NCBI RefSeq assembly: GCF_006345805.1
Contig: NW_021833409.1
Coordinates: 1 to 27,068, forward strand
Source: Octopus sinensis
Lineage: Eukaryota
Direction of reading: 5' to 3'
DNA: 27,068 bases
Under the pieces are notes generated by a model that worked only from the letters and a program-made list of their open reading frames with translations, had not been told where the DNA came from and did no database searches. A program made the translations under genes and the position numbers. Position 1 is the first letter of the stretch; each line of letters begins with the position of its first letter. Below, piece by piece: positions 20,495 through 27,068 of this stretch.

Positions 20495-20687
20495 CTGCAC
20501 GCATGCACACACACACAAACACATACACGTTCACATTCATATCAGCATATACGTTATGCAAATACTTAAATGTATAATGTATATATACAGGTATGTATGT
20601 GTGTGTATATGTATATATATATATTCATATTTAGCAGAAGTAACAGAGAAACTCCGGTCCGAGAGGTTCTTGTTATATATATATATA

Positions 20688-20854
20688 TAGGCGCAGGAGT
20701 GGCTGTGTGGTAAGTAGCTTGCTAACCAACCACATGGTTCCGGGTTCAGTCCCTACTGCGTGGTATCTTGGGCAAGTGTCTTCTGCTATAGCCCGGGCCG
20801 ACCAAAGCCTTGTGAGTGGATTTGGTAGACGGAAACTGAAAGAAGCCTGTCGTA

Positions 20855-20905
<51 letters not shown>
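20688..20905 (+). mobile_element. SINE family A, 5' half plus internal TA/TG tract
   Basis: taggcgcaggagtggctgtgtggtaagtagcttgc...gaaagaagcctgtcgtata. Confidence 0.92.
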
Positions 20906-21105
20906 AGTGAAGGCGCAAATCTCAGTATAGAAATGAGTTGCGACGTCACAGGTGCCAAGATGTATCGGACTTTGCCTTTCCCTTGGATAACATCAATGGT
21001 GTGGAGAGGGGAGGCCGGTATGCATGGGCTGACTTGTGCCTCGGGGGATAAATTTCTAGGTGCAATACCCTGGTCATTCGTGAACGAAGGTGGGGTCCAG
21101 CCGAA
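20906..21105 (+). mobile_element. SINE family D, internally deleted copy (head stub fused to 3' region)
   Basis: agtgaaggcgca joined to ctcag...gaaatgagttgcgacgtcacaggtgccaag; family assignment is partly from recollection of octopus repeats. Confidence 0.55.
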
Positions 21106-21205
21106 ATTGCAAAGATAATCTAGATCTCGACTGAGGATAGAAAACTCCGTATGACCCGTCCTTGTTTTCTTTGTATGGTCTGTCTGGATGTTTTGCGTTC
21201 TTGTC

Positions 21206-21246
<41 letters not shown>

Positions 21247-21358
21247 TAGAAAATAATATCTGTCTCTTTTTATAGAAACAAACGTGTTTATAGGATTGGA
21301 AAATAAGTGCTCAAATATCAATGCTTCTTAATATATATATATATATATATATATATAC

Positions 21359-21639
21359 GAGTTTTGTGAAAACTTTGTGTAGGCCTTTGAGCTGCTATTG
21401 CCAAGTTTTTAGACAGAATTTGATGCAGGTTCTCTGTTCATCTTTCTCTGTCATGCTCAATGCGACGATCACACTTTCTTTCGAAGCACTGCTGTAATCA
21501 GCGAAAGTGAGCTGGAACATTGAAACTTAGTGCGCATGCACAGAAAGGTTCAAAGTCAGTCTATGTCCAGGGGCTTCGTTTTGCGTACTTTAGCTTCGTT
21601 ACTATGGCAACAGTCCAGAAACTTATTGATCAGACCTCG
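21359..21639 (-). mobile_element. Tc1/mariner 5' fragment: TIR plus start of a frameshifted transposase
   Basis: Minus TIR CGAGGTCTGATCAATAAGTTTCTGGAC next to a TA array; ATG at 21454 gives MTEKDEQRTCIKFCLK-(fs)-LGNSSSKAYTKFSQ, matching the mariner N-terminal EQRxxIKFCxKLG motif. Confidence 0.85.
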
Positions 21640-21649
21640 CATATATATA

Positions 21650-21664
21650 TATAGAGAGAGAAAG

Positions 21665-21730
<66 letters not shown>

Positions 21731-21739
21731 GAAGATAGG

Positions 21740-21827
<88 letters not shown>

Positions 21828-21862
21828 AGATAGAAGATAGATAGATAGAGATAGATAGTAGT

Positions 21863-21936
<74 letters not shown>
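21650..21936. repeat. (GATA)n microsatellite
   Basis: Direct reading. Confidence 0.97.
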
Positions 21937-22318
21937 GTACACACACATATACGCATTTAAATGGATGTTTGTGTGTTTATATAAAGAAGCCTAAAGATGA
22001 CTGAAACGGAAGATGATTAATATATAAAACCATGTCATGCGTATTAAAGTAAATATATATTTAATATGGTATATGTTTGCCTTAATATAGATTTTTATGT
22101 ATGTATGTGTATGTACACACACACATGATATGTATACATATATATATATGTGTGATTTGTGTGCTTGTGTGTGTGTGTTCTGTGTAAAGCAAAACACGCT
22201 CAACAGCAACGATGGAAGAGCAACAGGGGAGAAGAAGGAGCGTACAATGACAAGCTATTGGGTTTAACGCTCAGAAGTAACATAAAGCATGTGTGCGTTT
22301 GGGTAAGTATGCGTGTGT

Positions 22319-22707
22319 GGGATGGAAGCACTCCGTCGGTTACGACGACGAGGGTTCCGGTTGATCCGAATCAACGGAACAGCCTGCTCGTGGAATTAAC
22401 GTCTAAGTGGCTGAGCACTCCACAGGCACGTGCACCCTTAACGTAGTTCTCGGGGATATTCAGCGTGACACAGAGAGTGACAAGGCCGGCCCTTTGAAAT
22501 ACAGGTACAACAGAAACAGGAAGTAAGAGTGAGAGAAAGTTGTGGTGAAAGAGTACAGCAGGGATCGTCACCATCCCCTGCCGGAGCCTCGTGGAGCTTT
22601 AGGTGTTTTCGCTCAATAAACACTCACAACGCCCGGTCTGCGAATCGAAACCGCAATCCTATGACCGCGAGTCCGCTTCCCTAACCACTGGGCCATTGTG
22701 CCTCCAC
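22319..22707 (-). mobile_element. SINE family C with a fifth tail type
   Basis: Head ccattgtgcctccac at 22707; tail tgttgtacctgtatttcaaagggccggcc...gtcgtcgtaaccgacggagtgcttcca. Confidence 0.92.
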
Positions 22708-22974
22708 TATGTGTGTGTATGTGCATGTTTATATCTATGTGCATGTTTATATATATGTGCATGTTTATATCTATGTGCATGCGTGTATGCATATAAACTT
22801 ATATATATTATAAATTAGAAGAAAACACCTTTTATCAATTCAAAATGAAAGATTATGTTACACCATCTAGAAAATTACATATAATAGAAATATTAAAATT
22901 AAAATAACAATAATATACCGATGATTAAGTAAATTGCAAAATTATAATAATAACGTATATATTTGGTGGAATAA

Positions 22975-23075
22975 AGACACGCGTTTCGTGGCTATATTTA
23001 AGAAATGATTATAGTAAAAAAAATTTTAAATAGTAGTAAAATCACTTCCATATAAATATAGCCATTCATCAGGTT
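22975..23075 (-). ncRNA. Hammerhead-like motif with intact core and extended stem II
   Basis: CUGAUGA (23072-23066), perfect 12-bp helix 23064-23053/23000-22989, inner 9-bp helix with G-U, then CGAAACGCGUGUC; stem I poorly paired. Confidence 0.6.
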
Positions 23076-23084
23076 AAAATAAAC

Positions 23085-23410
23085 TAGAATAGGATTGTTT
23101 AAGTATGTTGAACGAAACACCCATGTTTCCAAAGGTGAATTATCCAAACCTCCAAGAATTCCTTTCAACACACGACTATGATGCTCCCCCACTACTTCTG
23201 CTCGTGGTCAAAGATGCACATATCGTCAGCCACTAAGAGATATGGTCAACTGGTTAAGGTCAAACAACTGACAATCAAATCTGTGGTATTCAGCAGAATA
23301 TTTGCTGCAGCCCATCTTTTATACCAAGACAAAACAATGTACATGATAACACTTCCAATCAGTTAAGATCAGAAGCCATGAGAACCATTGTCTGGTACTG
23401 CATCAGGGCC
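23085..23410 (-). mobile_element. Unclassified dispersed repeat fragment
   Basis: Non-microsatellite block between repeats; recalled as a common octopus repeat but present only once in this window. Confidence 0.35.
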
Positions 23411-23417
23411 TTTATTA

Positions 23418-23419
23418 CA

Positions 23420-23457
<38 letters not shown>

Positions 23458-23482
23458 CATTGTTATCATTATTATTATTATA

Positions 23483-23532
<50 letters not shown>

Positions 23533-23762
23533 GATATACAAATATACAGACATACATATATATATGTGTGTGTATGTATGTATGTATATCTAAATATATA
23601 CTCCCACACACCTCTGTATTAGCAACATATCCGCATGTACTAAGGAATCATATTTAGTTCCACAGGCAGTTTTTCTACCAAGTGTCAATGTACTTCTCTT
23701 TGATGATCACCACACCTTGCCTCACCTTCTGCTGCTACTACTACTACTGATACTATTACTAT

Positions 23763-23843
<81 letters not shown>
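23418..23843. repeat. (ATT)n (23418-23530) and (CTA)n/(AAT)n (23733-23843) microsatellites
   Basis: Direct reading. Confidence 0.9.
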
Positions 23844-23845
<2 letters not shown>

Positions 23846-23906
23846 GTAAACCTTGGGAAACTTGATCGTAATCTAGGAGCGGGAGTAAAAAAACATGGTT
23901 ACTTAC

Positions 23907-23935
23907 CAGGTTCAGCAAGAATTACCGGAAACGTC
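23907..23935 (-). CDS. Candidate 29-nt internal coding exon of an unidentified gene (g-TFPVILAEP-g)
   Basis: Long pyrimidine tract atttttctgctcttcatgcatttttcatactctgtatttag|G, perfect donor CTG|gtaagt, exactly one open frame. Confidence 0.55.
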
Positions 23936-24180
23936 CTAAATACAGAGTATGAAAAATGCATGAAGAGCAGAAAAATAGTTTAACACACAATGTACGAAAT
24001 GCCCCTCACCCAAGACTACATGCTTAATTAAATCATGCATAACACCAATCCCGTGTTACAAAGCAACCGAAGAGAAGAATAGAAACAACAACGTGTTCTA
24101 ACATGGCGGAAGAAGACTTGAAATGATTGGGATGGAAAGGGAGAGAGAGAGGGAGAGAGAAAGGGAGAGTGAGAGAGAGA

Positions 24181-24302
24181 GGGGGATTAGGGGATACTAT
24201 CGTCACCTTCCCAGTACTTGGTTGGTGCGTTATTTTAAGGACTGCCGAGTATGACGGATGAAATTGATTTCGACGGGATTTGAACTCAGAAACTTGACAA
24301 AG

Positions 24303-24355
<53 letters not shown>

Positions 24356-24475
24356 ATACACATATACATGCATGCACGCATGTACACACACACACCGCCA
24401 AAATAATGAAAAACGTGAGAAATACTGCAAAGCATATCTTGCGATGCTCTTCGAATGATTCTGCCAACCTCACGG
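24181..24475 (-). mobile_element. SINE family B, degenerate, interrupted by (CA)n
   Basis: gatttgaactcag B-box region and gattctgccaacctcacggc head. Confidence 0.65.
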
Positions 24476-24476
24476 C

Positions 24477-24683
24477 ATAACTACTACAACTACTATTACT
24501 ACTACTACTACTAATACTACTACTAATAATAATAATACTACTAATACTGCTGCTGCTACCAGTACTTCTAACTAATACTAATACTAATAATAATAGCCAT
24601 AAGAATGTGGTAGTAGTAATAGTAGCAGTAGTAGCAGCAGCGGTTGTTTTAGTTTTATAGTAGTAGTAGTAGTATTAGTAGTA

Positions 24684-24746
<63 letters not shown>

Positions 24747-24890
24747 TGGTGGTGGTGGTGGTGGTGGTGGTGGAGATAGTAGTAGTAGCGAAGGTAATGT
24801 TGTTGTTGGTGGTAAATGATAATGATGATGACAACCACGACGACGACAATGATGACGATGACAATGATGATGATGAGGAGGAGGAGGAGG
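24477..24890. repeat. (TAC)n, then (TAG)n, then (GAT/GAG) trinucleotide arrays
   Basis: Direct reading. Confidence 0.92.
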
Positions 24891-25164
24891 AGGAAAACCT
24901 TTAGAGGAAGTATCAGTAAGACAAGATCACCAACAACAACAACAATCATAATGTTTAATATTTCCCCTTCTTTTGCGATCCTCGGACACGTTACGTCAGA
25001 ATGCTGGGGTTCTTATTGTGGATGTGTTGTTGTTGTTGCTGCTGTTGATGTTGTTGTTGTTGTTGGCCAATGGATGAGTTTGCCAGAACTTAGACGCCAT
25101 ATGTAACATCTCTGATTTCGGAGTGGCTGTCTTACGCATCGCTATCATGATCGGTAAAAACGTC

Positions 25165-25474
25165 GATGATGATGATGATGATGATGATGATGGTGATGGT
25201 GATGGTGATGATATTTTAGAGGAAGCTACTCTGAAGATAATGAGTGCCGTGGGTGGGAAATAGGGTAGTGGCGATACGGAAGGAAAGGAAACGAGGAGAA
25301 AAGGGAGACGGCGACAATGATGATGATGATGATGACGATGACGATGATAATGATGGAGATGCAGATAATAATGTTGATGATGGTGGTGGTGGTGGTGGTG
25401 GCGACGATGATGATTATGACGAGGACGAGGATGATGATGGTGGTGGTGGTGATGATGATGGTGATGATGATGAC

Positions 25475-25519
<45 letters not shown>

Positions 25520-25575
25520 AACGACGATGATGATGATGATGGTGATGGTGGTGATGATGATGATTACGATGATAA
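25165..25575. repeat. (GAT)/(GGT) trinucleotide arrays
   Basis: Direct reading. Confidence 0.92.
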
Positions 25576-25679
25576 GTATACAGTTCCGCTATAAATAGGT
25601 AACTTGGTATGGGAGTGTTCATTGAAGCAGCTGAGTTCATTTTGAGACCCTTCTTTTAGTGAAGCGTAGACAAACAGAC

Positions 25680-26102
25680 AGACACACACACACTCATACA
25701 CGCACACACACACACGCACACACACACACACATACATACACACACACGTGCGCGGAAGCACCTGCACACAGAGACACAGACACATACGCACACGCACACA
25801 CATACACACTATTTACGCAGAGACACACAAACAAACAAATACAGATCTGCGTATGTACAGACACGTACACAATCACAGCTATATGTATTGTGTATACATG
25901 CATATATGTATGCCCGTATACATCCATATACGTACGTATGTTGTATGTATACATATACATATACATACATACATATATATACATATATCTATACATATAT
26001 ACATACATATACATATATATACATACATACATATTAATATATATATATATTATAACATAATATGATTTTTTTTTGCATTTATTTATATATATGTATATAT
26101 AG

Positions 26103-26133
<31 letters not shown>

Positions 26134-26308
26134 CCATGATTAAGGGTAAATCAATTAATTATAATTAATTATTTCACCAAGTAGTGTTCAGTATGTAAAA
26201 GGACCATTCAAGGCGTATTCAATATATTACGTTATATAATTAGAGCTCAGTAAAATATTTTTACATACATAAATACATATTTATACATATATATGAGTAT
26301 TTTTTTGC

Positions 26309-26339
<31 letters not shown>

Positions 26340-26371
26340 GATATATATATATATATACTCATTATACATAC

Positions 26372-26416
<45 letters not shown>

Positions 26417-26620
26417 ATATATATAATGTATATATGTATAATGTATGTATATATCTATTATATCTATACCATCTATATGTATATCTATATCTATGTCTAC
26501 ACTGCTTAACTTACTTCTTCAATCTTCTCCATGTTCCTCGCTCTCTCTGTCTGTCTCTGTCTCTCTTTCTCTTTCTCTCTCTCTCTCTCACTCACTCATT
26601 CACACTCACTCACTTTCTCT
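25680..26620. repeat. (CA)n/(TA)n/(CT)n compound microsatellite field
   Basis: Direct reading. Confidence 0.92.
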
Positions 26621-27068
26621 CTCTGCCCCCACCGCTGCCACCTCCAATCGAATGCTCTGCTTGCCCCCGTTGCGAACAGTGCGCCGCCTAAGAGCAATAA
26701 ACCACCAGGTGGCCTACCACGTAGTGTGGGTTCTGTGAAGGCTTGACGGAACTCCAGATCCACGTCGATATTGGGTGGCCTTTCACTCTATTTTCTTCTT
26801 ATTACCTCGGTAATGGTCCATGTCATCTGAAGAACTTCTACATGGGTTTCTACGCATCTCTTATAATGATACCCTTGATGTAGACTGCATACCCCTCTTT
26901 TCAAAAGCGTGTGGTCTGTGTGCATATTCAGATGTTAGGGTGCATATTTCTTATGTATGCATTGCAATTGGGAATAACCGTCAAACTTTGGATCACTGTT
27001 CTATATTTTTGTCCTTTTCGTCTTCTACGTTGCATATCTTACAGAACGTTTAATATTTACATGCCCCA

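Noticed and set aside
21131-21160. CUGAGGA-short hairpin-GUAU motif
   Set aside because: GAAA is not present and stems I and III do not form.
1102-22707. tRNA genes suggested by A/B boxes
   Set aside because: All are SINE heads followed by family-specific bodies; no cloverleaf with an acceptor stem.
26614-26687. 74-nt minus-strand exon upstream of the 29-nt exon
   Set aside because: The GTGAGT donor comes from a (GAGT)n microsatellite. The protein-like frame (RRTVRNGGKQSIRLEVAAVGAERE) is out of phase with the 29-nt exon; only a low-complexity frame fits.
4-26746. Most ORFs in the supplied track (poly-YI, VC, HT, T/P, D, N, L, V)
   Set aside because: They are translations of microsatellites or SINE bodies; the same pseudo-peptides (e.g. 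RQASFSFRLPNPLTRLWSARGYSRRHLPK) recur in every SINE-A copy.
26820-27053. 77-aa plus-strand ORF at the window end
   Set aside because: No recognisable motif, splice context or codon signal.

Overview
AT-rich, repeat-saturated animal genomic DNA, almost certainly intronic or intergenic sequence from a coleoid cephalopod (Octopus-like). This call rests on my recognition of the tRNA-derived SINE families and the extreme microsatellite load; no database search was run. Nearly every ORF in the supplied track is a microsatellite or SINE translation artefact. Recognisable protein-coding remnants are all transposon-derived: a CR1/L2-group (Crack/Daphne-like) LINE ORF2 C-terminus (12.8-13.2 kb), an R4/Dong-like reverse transcriptase (15.5-16.0 kb) and a mariner 5' end (21.4-21.6 kb). 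About 30 copies or fragments of four SINE families, labelled A-D here, fill much of the rest. A few small, phase-compatible minus-strand exon candidates (23907-23935, a 15-nt microexon at 16481-16495, and 3211-3344) suggest an unidentified host gene with long introns. The most notable signal is a set of five minimal type I hammerhead-ribozyme-like motifs of the Penelope-like-element (PLE) kind. The best formed is at 16233-16276, and one at 22975-23075 has an unusually long stem II. Four of the five carry an inverted (fold-back) copy of part of the same element on their 5' side. Also visible are a LINE-SINE shared 3' stem-loop, a SINE body with five different 3' tails, an inverted SINE-in-SINE insertion, a 115-nt palindrome and a ~940-bp long-TIR fold-back element. 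No prokaryotic features, CRISPR arrays, rRNA or genuine tRNA genes were seen.
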